Assembly (NCBI GenBank): GCA_963666285.1
Contig: OY762711.1
Reading direction: 5' to 3' (one strand)
Source of the DNA: Sedimentisphaerales bacterium
GTDB taxonomy: Bacteria; Planctomycetota; Phycisphaerae; Sedimentisphaerales; SM23-30
DNA length: 64,000 nucleotides
Shown here: positions 1 through 9,466 of the stretch, piece after piece
How the letters are laid out: each line of letters starts with the position of its first letter
Position numbering within the stretch: position 1 is the stretch's first letter
Made by a program: the position numbers and the translations under genes
The notes under the pieces: generated by a model
What the model was told of the DNA's origin: nothing
The model's input: the letters and a program-made list of their open reading frames with translations, nothing else
Database searches by the model: none

Positions 1-952
1 ATGTCGCATTTTTATATTCGCCGCCAATTATTACAGGGTTATCTGCCAGCGTAGTCGGTGGCTGCAAATCCATTGTCACATTAGTAAACGGCGTCTGAAA
101 GCCCACTCGTGTCGGTACATTGACATTAAAAATAAATTCCTGTATCGACTGCTTAACCTCATCGTAACTCAGATTATCATACCTGATAAAAGGAGCTAAC
201 AATGTATCGATATTTGAAAATGCTTGTGCTCCTGCCGCCTCACCCTGTAATGTATAAAAGAAATTCACAATCTGCCCCAAAGCCGTTCTAAAATGCTTTG
301 CTGGCTTGCTCTGTATCTTTCCAGGCACTCCACAAAATCCATTTAGCAAAAAATCCTGCAAATCCCAGCCGACACAATAAACACTCAACTGTCCCAAATC
401 GTGCAAATGAAAATCACCTTCAAGGTGGTAGTTTCTTATCTCTGGCGAATATATTTTATTTAACCAATATATCTTACTGACTTCACTTGAAATATAATTA
501 TTCAATCCCTGAAGCGAATAAGACATATTGCTGTTTTCCTGAACCTGCCAGTCAAGCTTATCCAGATAACCGTCAACCAGCTCCAACCCTGCTTTATCTA
601 CTAATTCCCGGATACGTGCATGCTGATCTCGATAGATTATATATGCCTTTGCTGTCTTTTTATAAGGGCTTGTCAGTAATACATCTTCGACCAAATCCTG
701 TATCTGTTCTACTTCCAATATACTACCAGGAGAAACAGTTTGCGCCAGGCTAAGCACTCTCAGAGTCAACTGTCCGGCAATCTTTTCTTCAAATTCACCT
801 GTAGCCTTACCCGCAGACGTTATTGCTTTATGAATCTTACTGCTATCAAACTGAACTTTCTGGCCATCTCGTTTTATTACCTGCCGGCAGCTTACGAGTT
901 CTAACTTATCGACACTACCCATACCAGCAAATGTTGTATCTTGCGTTTTCAT
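1..952 (-). CDS. nrdD: Anaerobic (class III) ribonucleoside-triphosphate reductase, N-terminal part; gene runs off the window
   Basis: Not in the ORF track; translated manually from ATG at 952: MKTQDTTF...VIKRDGQKVQFDSSKIHKAI (ATP-cone)...ENSNMSYSLQGLNNY...GDFHLHDLG...YCVGWDL...HFRTALGQIVNFFYTLQGEAAGAQAFSNIDTLLAPFI...PTRVGFQTPFTN, typical NrdD motifs. Confidence 0.93.
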   Translation of the reverse strand, partial: MKTQDTTFAGMGSVDKLELVSCRQVIKRDGQKVQFDSSKIHKAITSAGKATGEFEEKIAGQLTLRVLSLAQTVSPGSILEVEQIQDLVEDVLLTSPYKKTAKAYIIYRDQHARIRELVDKAGLELVDGYLDKLDWQVQENSNMSYSLQGLNNYISSEVSKIYWLNKIYSPEIRNYHLEGDFHLHDLGQLSVYCVGWDLQDFLLNGFCGVPGKIQSKPAKHFRTALGQIVNFFYTLQGEAAGAQAFSNIDTLLAPFIRYDNLSYDEVKQSIQEFIFNVNVPTRVGFQTPFTNVTMDLQPPTTLADNPVIIGGEYKNAT

Positions 953-1185
953 AGATATCTCCAAAAATACATTCCATTGTTAACTGAAGAGACATCTTAA
1001 CGAGCATCGATACAGGCGCACAAACTCTCTACACCTGGAGAGAACACCCGCGTGAATATCTCCAACAAAACATCTGCAATATAGAAAAATTATCCAGAAA
1101 ATACCATTAGGCACAGAATGAACCTGATAAGGCATTACCGGCTTTTCCCACGAAAGCAGACGCAATCCGCAACCTTGCGGGTCAC

Positions 1186-1348
1186 TGGCAGGTATTCGGA
1201 CTCTCAGGCACTTACAAAACCTACTGGCTGTCGCTTCCCACCTATCAAGGCAGTGCTCAATGACAGCTTTCGTTCCTGATAACCGCTGCGGGGCAGTTCC
1301 GGATTCTCACCGGATTCCCTATTGCTTTACATCTTGTGTAAACCAGCA
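1186..1348 (-). ncRNA. Cobalamin (B12) riboswitch upstream of nrdD
   Basis: Reverse complement reads AATAGGGAATCCGGTGAGAATCCGGAACTGCCCCGCAGCGGT...CACTG...GGGAAG...GAGTCCGAATACCTGCC, matching the B12-element core and B12 box; boundaries approximate. Confidence 0.93.
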
Positions 1349-1370
1349 ACACAATCAATATATATTGTGC
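1324..1370. promoter_or_regulatory. Candidate tandem NrdR boxes
   Basis: gctttACATCTTGTG and tcaaTATATATTGTG, 31 bp apart, resemble the acaCwAtATaTwGtg consensus and lie upstream of an RNR gene. Confidence 0.5.
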
Positions 1371-1385
1371 GTACAAACCCGTCAA
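1357..1385 (-). promoter_or_regulatory. sigma70-type promoter for the riboswitch-nrdD transcript
   Basis: TTGACG-17 nt-TATATT on the minus strand immediately before the riboswitch. Confidence 0.6.
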
Positions 1386-1558
1386 GTACAAAAAGTTTTT
1401 TTACGAAAGATAATTTACGACCATGCTAAACAAAAAAGGGCAACTCTTTACAAGTCACCCTTTAAATAATTAATTACAACCTCGCCGCCTGGCAAAACCT
1501 TCGCTTATGTCGAAGATTCGCCCCAGGCGGGCCTTACCCTATCTCACTTGCACCTGTA

Positions 1559-4474
1559 TTAAAGAGCCTCAAGGTTCTTTAATACATCTGCCAGCTGCTC
1601 TTTCATGTCTGCCAGCCTTGCCCGTTCGCTTTCAACAACTTCAGGCTTGGCACGACTGACAAAATTCTCATTGCCCAGCTTACCTTCTACACCCTTGATG
1701 CCCTTTTCCAGCTGTTCCTTCTGTTTTTCCAGACGTTTACGCTCGGCTTCAGTATCTACAACATCATGAACAAATATCTCGATACCCCTGCCAACAGCTA
1801 CCGCCGCATTATTCGGACGAACCGCAAGCTCTGTAAAGCAGCTCAACTGCTTAACTCCGGCAATATTACAGATCAAATCTATCTGGCTGCCGATAATACC
1901 TGCCAGCTCCTCTGACGCCTTAATAGTAACTTCAACCTTATCCTTTGGCGGAACCTGGTTCTTTGTACGCAGCTCACGAATCAAACCAATAGCATCCTGA
2001 ACGACAGCTATCTCATCTTCCGCTGCCCCGTCAAACAAACCTTCTACCGCCTGAGGCCACGCAGCGGTTACCAGAGCATCTGCCGCAGGTAAATCTGCAA
2101 TACCTGCCAGGCCGCGTTCCGGCATCAGGGAGTTCAAATGCTGGTATATTCCTTCCGTTATATACGGTAAGAACGGATGCAGCATTCTCAAACTGCAATC
2201 CAGAACATACGCTAATACACGCTGAGCCGCTCCCTTGCGGCGTTCATCCCACATACGAGGCTTGATAAGCTCCAGGTACCAGTCGCACAGTTCATTCCAG
2301 AAGAATTTATATAATGCATTTATCGGCTCACTGAACTTAAATTCATCCAGCTGCTGGGTAACTTCTGCAATTGTCTTATGTAAGCGAGATAATATCCATT
2401 TATCTTCCAGTTCCAGCTTCAACTCATCAACCGCTGCAATGTTTTCCAGGTTACCCATCGCAAATCGAGATGCGTTCCACAGCTTATTACAGAAGTTACG
2501 ACCAATATCAAACTTTGGCGAACTGTTAGCAGTTCGACCGTCAGGCAGCGTCATCTTCTCAATAGGCATACGCACATCCTGGGTCAGTGTCGTCATCTGG
2601 GCAAGGGCAAACCTCATCGCATCAGCACCGTGACTATCGATAATATCCAGCGGATCGATACCGTTTCCGAGCGATTTACTCATCTTGCGGCCCTGGCCAT
2701 CCTGAATCATAGCGTGGATAAATACATCCTCAAACGGTATATCGCCCAGGCAATACTGCCCCATCATCACCATACGGGAAACCCACAAGGTAATAATCTC
2801 GCGTGCTGTACAGAGAACACTGCCCGGATAATATTTCTCCAAAGCCTCTGTCTCGTCCGGCCAACCCAAAGTGCTAAAAGGCCACAATGCCGAGCTGAAC
2901 CAGGTATCCAGTACATCACAATCACGAACCCAGCCTTCACTCTCGATAGCTTTCTCTAGCTCTTCAAAGCCAGGTTTGACACAAAGATAGGTAACTTTGC
3001 CATTATCGGTATCCATTACCCGATGAACAGTGCCATACTCACAGCGGTTAGGATGTTCACCTTCCTTACACCATACAGGTATCTGATGCCCCCACCATAA
3101 CTGACGGCTAATCGGCCAGTCACGCAGGTTCTCCAGCCATACCTGGTAATTTTTATTATATCTGTCAGGCGTTATCCTCAGTTTACCGTCCAGCAGCGGC
3201 TTTAACGCCATGCCTGCCAGTGAATTAGCCGGTACATCAGTATCAGCCAGCAGGTCGGTACCAAATTTATCAGCCTGGTTCTCAATCGGCTTTTTAACCG
3301 CAACATACCACTGGTCAGACAGATAAGGCTCAATCGGCACGTGGCTTCGATAGCTGTGACCTACTTCATGAGCATAATCGACAACCTTTTCCAGTAATCC
3401 TTCACTCTCAAACCAGTCAACAATCGCCTTACGGGCTTCAAAACGATCCATTCCCAGGAACTGCTCGGCATCGCTGCCAACTGCATCTTCCCAGCCATAC
3501 TGGTCACTTATACTGCCATCCGGTGCCATTACATTTATCACTTCAAGGTCATGTCTCAGGCCTATTTCCCAGTCGTTCGGGTCATGGGCTGGAGTAACCT
3601 TCAGAAATCCGGTCGAAAATCTTGCTTTTTCATCTTCACTTTCAGGATCTGGTAATACCACATGCTGGTCAGCAACAATAGGTATCTCACGACCAACCAA
3701 CGGCAGACGCAGCATCTTACCTACCAGGGCGTCAGCTCTCGGGTCCGCAGGGTTCATCGCTACCGCTGTATCACCCAGCATAGTTTCTGGACGAGTCGTT
3801 GCAACCGTCACATATTGCACTGTTTCCGCATTAAGATCCACCGGCTCAACCAATGGATAACGCAGATACCAGAAAAAGCCCGGTACGGTCTTATGTTCTA
3901 CCTCATCATCCGCCAACACTGTTTGTGTCGCCGGATCCCAGTTTACCAGCCGCTTGCCGCGATAGATCAACTCATCACTAAACAGCTTGAAGAACACCTG
4001 GCGAACAGCTTTCGCACAAACCTCATCCATTGTGAAACGAACACGGTCCCAATCGCAGCTGCAGCCCATCATTTTGAGCTGATTGACGATTTTTGCCTCA
4101 TATTCATCTTTCCACTGCTGAATACGCCCGACAAATACTTCCCGCTCGAAATCAGTGCGACGTTTGCCTTCTTCTGCCAGGATTCGCTTTTCTACAACAG
4201 TCTGGGTCGCAATACCGGCATGGTCAGTACCAGGCATCCATAGCGTATTTTTACCTTGCATACGACGCATACGGATAAGGATATCCTGCAATGTATTATT
4301 CAATGCATGGCCCAGGTGTAATGCAGCGGTAACATTTGGCGGCGGAATAACTATTGTATATGAATCTCCCGGTGCCTTCGGATCAGCGGCAAAACTGCCC
4401 TTATTGGCCCATAGCTCCAAGGCCTCTTTTTCTATTTTATTAGGCTCGTAAACCTTACTCAGCTCTTGTGTCAT
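1559..4474 (-). CDS. valS: Valine--tRNA ligase
   Basis: PPPNVTAALHLGH (HIGH-type) and KMSKS motifs, PGTDHAGIATQ, C-terminal coiled coil. Confidence 0.98.
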   Translation of the reverse strand: MTQELSKVYEPNKIEKEALELWANKGSFAADPKAPGDSYTIVIPPPNVTAALHLGHALNNTLQDILIRMRRMQGKNTLWMPGTDHAGIATQTVVEKRILAEEGKRRTDFEREVFVGRIQQWKDEYEAKIVNQLKMMGCSCDWDRVRFTMDEVCAKAVRQVFFKLFSDELIYRGKRLVNWDPATQTVLADDEVEHKTVPGFFWYLRYPLVEPVDLNAETVQYVTVATTRPETMLGDTAVAMNPADPRADALVGKMLRLPLVGREIPIVADQHVVLPDPESEDEKARFSTGFLKVTPAHDPNDWEIGLRHDLEVINVMAPDGSISDQYGWEDAVGSDAEQFLGMDRFEARKAIVDWFESEGLLEKVVDYAHEVGHSYRSHVPIEPYLSDQWYVAVKKPIENQADKFGTDLLADTDVPANSLAGMALKPLLDGKLRITPDRYNKNYQVWLENLRDWPISRQLWWGHQIPVWCKEGEHPNRCEYGTVHRVMDTDNGKVTYLCVKPGFEELEKAIESEGWVRDCDVLDTWFSSALWPFSTLGWPDETEALEKYYPGSVLCTAREIITLWVSRMVMMGQYCLGDIPFEDVFIHAMIQDGQGRKMSKSLGNGIDPLDIIDSHGADAMRFALAQMTTLTQDVRMPIEKMTLPDGRTANSSPKFDIGRNFCNKLWNASRFAMGNLENIAAVDELKLELEDKWILSRLHKTIAEVTQQLDEFKFSEPINALYKFFWNELCDWYLELIKPRMWDERRKGAAQRVLAYVLDCSLRMLHPFLPYITEGIYQHLNSLMPERGLAGIADLPAADALVTAAWPQAVEGLFDGAAEDEIAVVQDAIGLIRELRTKNQVPPKDKVEVTIKASEELAGIIGSQIDLICNIAGVKQLSCFTELAVRPNNAAVAVGRGIEIFVHDVVDTEAERKRLEKQKEQLEKGIKGVEGKLGNENFVSRAKPEVVESERARLADMKEQLADVLKNLEAL

Positions 4475-4526
4475 TTCATAAGTTCCTGAAAAATATATAC
4501 TTAATCTCCAATTACAAAGATTAAAT

Positions 4527-4555
4527 ATTATAACCGGAACTCAAGGCAAGGTCAA
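4527..4555 (-). promoter_or_regulatory. sigma70-type promoter of valS
   Basis: TTGACC-17 nt-TATAAT on the minus strand ~50 nt upstream of the start codon. Confidence 0.65.
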
Positions 4556-4939
4556 GCCGCCAAAATACCCATAAAATCTAACCTCCTAGTCCTATAAATA
4601 CTCAAAGAAACATATATCAGATAATTATTTTTTTATAAAATAAATACGATTAAATATAAAGTTACATTATTGCCAGCAACAATAAAAGCCTTCTAATACC
4701 TCAAAATAAATGTTTCATTCTCTCGGCGGACTCTTAAAAATAATCACCCAATAAGATCATATTTAACCACATCTTACAATACCATTATCTTAGCTAAAGT
4801 TAAATAATCTATAGGGCGATACCCTGAACATGGGCTAATTGATATCTTTTATCGATATCACTTAAACAAATACAACATTAAAAAACATCAAAAACGACAA
4901 AAAATAACCAAATACTACTTAGTCTAAAGAGGCAACAGC

Positions 4940-7900
4940 ATGAGCACAAAAAAACTAAACCTGGAAACACTGGAAAATAGAGTACTTCTTTCTGTAGACC
5001 TGCCCGTTGAAGCAGCACTTGTTGACGGAAGCGTCTATGAAGGTGATTTTGACAGTATAAATGATACAGACAGCTTTAGTTTTCAGGCCGAAGCCGGCAA
5101 AACATATCATATTCGCTGCGAAAGCCGCGGGACAGAAAGCATCCCTGATGACGGCAGCGGACTACCGGAACTATATGAAGTTACCGGATACACCGACCCA
5201 GTACTAACTTTGTACGGCCCGGATGGAAACACAGTCATTACATCAGATGATGATTCGGGTATTGATAGCGGAGCATATATCGAATGGACAGCCGAAGCCA
5301 CAGGTACTTATTACTTCCAGGCCGAGCCCTTCCAGAACAGTTTAAAGAATTTCGAACCGGGCGAATACTCAGTCTCACTCACTGAAGGTAATGCTGACTG
5401 GACAATAATGATGTACTATAGCTACGATAACAACCTTGAACGCACACTCACTTCTGAGATTACTAACATCATCAAAGCTGTAGAAGAGGCTACCACAGGT
5501 GGTATTGTGCCATCTGTCAATATTGTCGCACTCACTGACGGTAGTGCAGATTATGACTATTCGGAATTGGAGTTTGAATTAGATGGAAACACTATCGGCC
5601 CATTCGATCTTGACTGGTACGAATCAACAATTTACTGGTCATTTTCTCCTTACCTTACCGCAGTGGATGTCGGTGAAAAAAATTGCGGTGATCCTGATAC
5701 ACTAACTGACTTCGTAGACTGGGCTATGGAACTCTATCCTGCCGACAACTACTCTTTATTCATCGGTGACCATGGAGGCCAGTATTACGGTATGTGCTGG
5801 GACGAAGGCAGCGATGACGACCACATAACAATGGACGAGGTCAGCGATCTAAGTAAACACATGCAGGACAATAATATCAATATTGATTTAATGGTAATGG
5901 AAACCTGCCTGCTGGCCGGAATAGAACCGGCATACCAGTTTGCTGAAATGACCGACTATTACCTGGCTTCAGAACCAACTACATGGGGATCTGTTTATAG
6001 CGGCCATGAATATAACGTTCACGATGTATTCTCCGATCTATTTGCTGCTCCGGCATCAACTCCCGAAGAATTAGGAAATATATTCCTTGATAATTTCATG
6101 GATATGAGCGATGAAATATATCAGGGCAACCCAATCGCACATGAGATCGAATATGCCCCAAGTGCTGTTAGTCTGGCTGACACTTCAAAACTGGATGCTC
6201 TCGTCGACACAATAGATGTTTTCAGTGACTATATGCTTAACGATGCCGATGACAACGACTGGCTTGCTATCGATACAGCCAGAAGAGACGCCCTGCAATT
6301 GGAAGATATGGTATTTTATAATCGATTCTGCGACCTTGGAGACCTGATGGAAAAAGTTCAGGAATATTCAGACAATCCTGAACTTATAACAATTGCCGGC
6401 AGTATTTCCGACGCAATCGATGACGCAATTGTCAATATTATATATGACCGTCATGCCAAGGACGCTACCGGTCTGACCATCTCAATGCCATTGCCGGAGC
6501 AATTAGATAGTTACACAACCATAAGTGACTTATATTCTTTGATCACAATCAAGGAATATGACAATACCATCGATTTTCTACAGGAAACCAGCTGGGACAG
6601 ATTCCTCTACAACTATCTGACTCGCGACTTCTCCTCTTTAGCTGATTCATACGCCGATTCCATTGAGACTGCCGCTGTATTAGCAACTCCGGGGCGTATC
6701 ACAGGATCTATTGACACAATTACAGACAAGGATTTCTACGAATTTACTGCGGTTTCTGGTATTCAGTATTCTATCCGCTGCGATAGTATTGGCGACGGAT
6801 TAAATTCATCACAGACAAATCTGGAATACCTGCATACTATTTTCGGTACAACAGATCCACAAATTACAATATACGATTCTTATGGCAATATTCTGGCTTC
6901 CGATGACGATTCCGGCGTGGACCTGAACGCAATGCTTTCGTGGACCGCTCCTGAAGATGGTACTTACTATATCTGCGTCGATACTTATCAGCAAACCATG
7001 TCACCTTTTGCCGCAGGTGAATACACACTGACAGTCAAAGAGGAACAGGCTAACTGGACCGTTATGCTCTACATGGCTGTCGATAATAACCTGTCCGATG
7101 CTATCAACGAAGAAATATACGCATTACTGGACGCATACCAGGAAACTCTTAGTACAGATATCTGGGATAACATTAACATTGTAGCATTTACTGACGGTTA
7201 CGGCTCCGAGGAAAACAGCTTTACTAACTCTATCTACTGGCAGATTGCACCTGCTCTAGCCGGTGAGGATATGGGCGAGCTGGATAGCGGCGATCCTGTG
7301 ACATTTGTTGATTTTGTCGAATGGGCTGAAACCAACTATCCTGCCGATAATTATCTGTTAATCGACTATAATCATGGCGGCAATCTCACCGGTATGGATT
7401 GGGACGACACCTCAGATTCGAATATTTCTCCGGCTGATTTCACCTATATCAGCGAACAGATCCAGGAACGCGGACTGAAAATTGATGTTTTTGATTTCTC
7501 AATGTGCGTAATGGCTGGCGTTGAAATTGCCTATCAGGGACGAGACATTGCTGACTATCTGGTAGCTGCCGAGCCGCCTACTTTGTCAAACGATTATATC
7601 GGAGCCTGTGATAATATCTATGGTCAGGTGAGTGCAATAGCCGACAATATCAACATAACTCCATATGACCTGGCAAAAACACTCGTCGATCTATACAGAG
7701 AAGATACTCCATATGTTAATAATGAACTTAATTTTTTACCTGACTCAACCAGTATGATAGACACTTCAAACATTGAATCACTGGTTGAGGCGATTGATTC
7801 TTTCAGCAAATATATAATGACCGAAGCTAAGGAATCTGACTGGCAGGCGATCAATGAAGCCAGAAATAATGCCATCAACTTTTACCCCGGTGAAGACTGG

Positions 7901-8992
7901 TACTATAACGCAATGATCGACCTGGGCCAATTTGTCTCTACTATCAGCCAGACAACAAATAATACTGAATTGAAACAGTTGGCAGACAATATTCTGGATG
8001 CACACCAATTGGCGGTACCATATAACGCAACAGACGCAAACGTTAAAGACGCATGGGGACTAACCATTTACCTGCCGGAGCAGGATGCAGAGTTCACCTC
8101 TATTTATTATGATTATGCTACAAATTACGTTGTCAAAGCTGAACTGGATTTCAGTTACGATACATCCTGGGACAACTTTGTAACATATTATGCTACCTTC
8201 GGTTCGATTGCTCCGGCTTGCTCACTGGTTGATATCCCAACCGGAGGAGTTACTTTCTTTGACTCTGACGGAACCAAAGTTAATATTAAGCTGAATAAAG
8301 GTGATGGCTTCATTTATTTCAATGGAGATATCGAAGAAATAAGTAATACCGGATCAAAAATCACCGTATCTGGTTCTGACCTGATGATGAACGAGATTAT
8401 TTTGAAAGAAACCACTCCAAAAAGTACATTAAAAATATCCACTTCGGGAGGTACAGAGAACGGAACTGAGCTCAGCGGAATTAATGACGATTATGCTTAT
8501 GTCGAAGGATCATCTCTAAAGAGTATCTCTGCACCTGGAGTTAACCTTACCGGCGATATTGATATCGATGGATGGCTTGGCTCTGTTAAATTGAATTCTA
8601 TAGGAGACGGAGCCTCAATTCTTTCCGGCAATAATGTTGACAAGCTGCCTAATAAACCTGTTAGCAGTATAAATATTAACAATATAGGTAACGACGTCAC
8701 AATCGATTTGTACGGCATACTAAAATCTCTTACCGCCAACGAATGCCATGCTTCACGCATTGCTGCTTATGATATTGGCACAGTGAAAATCGCTAACAGC
8801 GGCCTAACTGCAAACATTTATAGTTACATAGGTGATATCCAGAAAGTTATTGCTAACGGCGATATCTCAGGACAGATTTTTGCTTACGATGAAATTGGCC
8901 GCATTATTAATCGTTCCGGTAAATTCACCGGTTCTGCCCGCGGAAATATTGGACTAAGCCAGTATAACTTTACCGACCAGGAAATCGAGTAA
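4940..8992 (+). CDS. Large acidic extracellular protein: LEPR-XLL motif plus two tandem [PPC-like + clostripain C11 peptidase] modules
   Basis: N-terminal LETLENRVLLS; repeated DP.LTLY..DG...TSDDDSG (PPC-like); WT.MMY...DNNL, DHGG/NHGG and METCLLA/FSMCVMA clostripain His/Cys motifs twice. Confidence 0.8.
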   Translation: MSTKKLNLETLENRVLLSVDLPVEAALVDGSVYEGDFDSINDTDSFSFQAEAGKTYHIRCESRGTESIPDDGSGLPELYEVTGYTDPVLTLYGPDGNTVITSDDDSGIDSGAYIEWTAEATGTYYFQAEPFQNSLKNFEPGEYSVSLTEGNADWTIMMYYSYDNNLERTLTSEITNIIKAVEEATTGGIVPSVNIVALTDGSADYDYSELEFELDGNTIGPFDLDWYESTIYWSFSPYLTAVDVGEKNCGDPDTLTDFVDWAMELYPADNYSLFIGDHGGQYYGMCWDEGSDDDHITMDEVSDLSKHMQDNNINIDLMVMETCLLAGIEPAYQFAEMTDYYLASEPTTWGSVYSGHEYNVHDVFSDLFAAPASTPEELGNIFLDNFMDMSDEIYQGNPIAHEIEYAPSAVSLADTSKLDALVDTIDVFSDYMLNDADDNDWLAIDTARRDALQLEDMVFYNRFCDLGDLMEKVQEYSDNPELITIAGSISDAIDDAIVNIIYDRHAKDATGLTISMPLPEQLDSYTTISDLYSLITIKEYDNTIDFLQETSWDRFLYNYLTRDFSSLADSYADSIETAAVLATPGRITGSIDTITDKDFYEFTAVSGIQYSIRCDSIGDGLNSSQTNLEYLHTIFGTTDPQITIYDSYGNILASDDDSGVDLNAMLSWTAPEDGTYYICVDTYQQTMSPFAAGEYTLTVKEEQANWTVMLYMAVDNNLSDAINEEIYALLDAYQETLSTDIWDNINIVAFTDGYGSEENSFTNSIYWQIAPALAGEDMGELDSGDPVTFVDFVEWAETNYPADNYLLIDYNHGGNLTGMDWDDTSDSNISPADFTYISEQIQERGLKIDVFDFSMCVMAGVEIAYQGRDIADYLVAAEPPTLSNDYIGACDNIYGQVSAIADNINITPYDLAKTLVDLYREDTPYVNNELNFLPDSTSMIDTSNIESLVEAIDSFSKYIMTEAKESDWQAINEARNNAINFYPGEDWYYNAMIDLGQFVSTISQTTNNTELKQLADNILDAHQLAVPYNATDANVKDAWGLTIYLPEQDAEFTSIYYDYATNYVVKAELDFSYDTSWDNFVTYYATFGSIAPACSLVDIPTGGVTFFDSDGTKVNIKLNKGDGFIYFNGDIEEISNTGSKITVSGSDLMMNEIILKETTPKSTLKISTSGGTENGTELSGINDDYAYVEGSSLKSISAPGVNLTGDIDIDGWLGSVKLNSIGDGASILSGNNVDKLPNKPVSSININNIGNDVTIDLYGILKSLTANECHASRIAAYDIGTVKIANSGLTANIYSYIGDIQKVIANGDISGQIFAYDEIGRIINRSGKFTGSARGNIGLSQYNFTDQEIE

Positions 8993-9179
8993 TAAATATC
9001 ATAATTCCGACGGTTGTACAAAATCTGTAAATTGTATATGTGTAACCCAATATGCATTTTCTGTATATAATTAATAGAAGTACAGAAAAACAAAGGAAGA
9101 CACAGGCAAGCAAAAACATTGCAAACTCATTGTTTGCCGAATGTTACGCTTGCTGCAATTTATTACAGGAAGTACAACC

Positions 9180-9422
9180 ATGACACTCGACCAAACAACA
9201 GAACTATTCAAATGGATGACAATCATAAATATTGGAATTATGATATTAAGCTCAATTGTAGTCATTTTCATCAAAGATTATATTGGCAAAATGCATGGTA
9301 AAATGTTCGGCATAAAGCCGGAAAATATTTCAATCGCTGTTTATGGTTACCTGGGCATAAGTAAAGCCCTGATCATAATCTTCAACATTGTTCCTTATAT
9401 AGCTTTGAGCATAATTTCATAA
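9180..9422 (+). CDS. Small two-TM membrane protein (DUF6868-like)
   Basis: LFKWMTIINIGI...KMHGKMFGI...K.LIIIFNIVPYIAL pattern; ATG at 9180 preferred over the ORF-track start. Confidence 0.65.
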   Translation: MTLDQTTELFKWMTIINIGIMILSSIVVIFIKDYIGKMHGKMFGIKPENISIAVYGYLGISKALIIIFNIVPYIALSIIS

Positions 9423-9466
9423 ACTGCCATACGCTAAAAATATATGGAACATGTAGGTGGTATCAA

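Noticed and set aside
298..753. Short + strand ORFs
   Set aside because: Antisense to nrdD; likewise the many short ORFs opposite valS, purC, rnr and hyd genes are shadow frames
4475..4560. T-box leader for valS
   Set aside because: Promoter is only ~50 nt from the start and no T-box motif is seen
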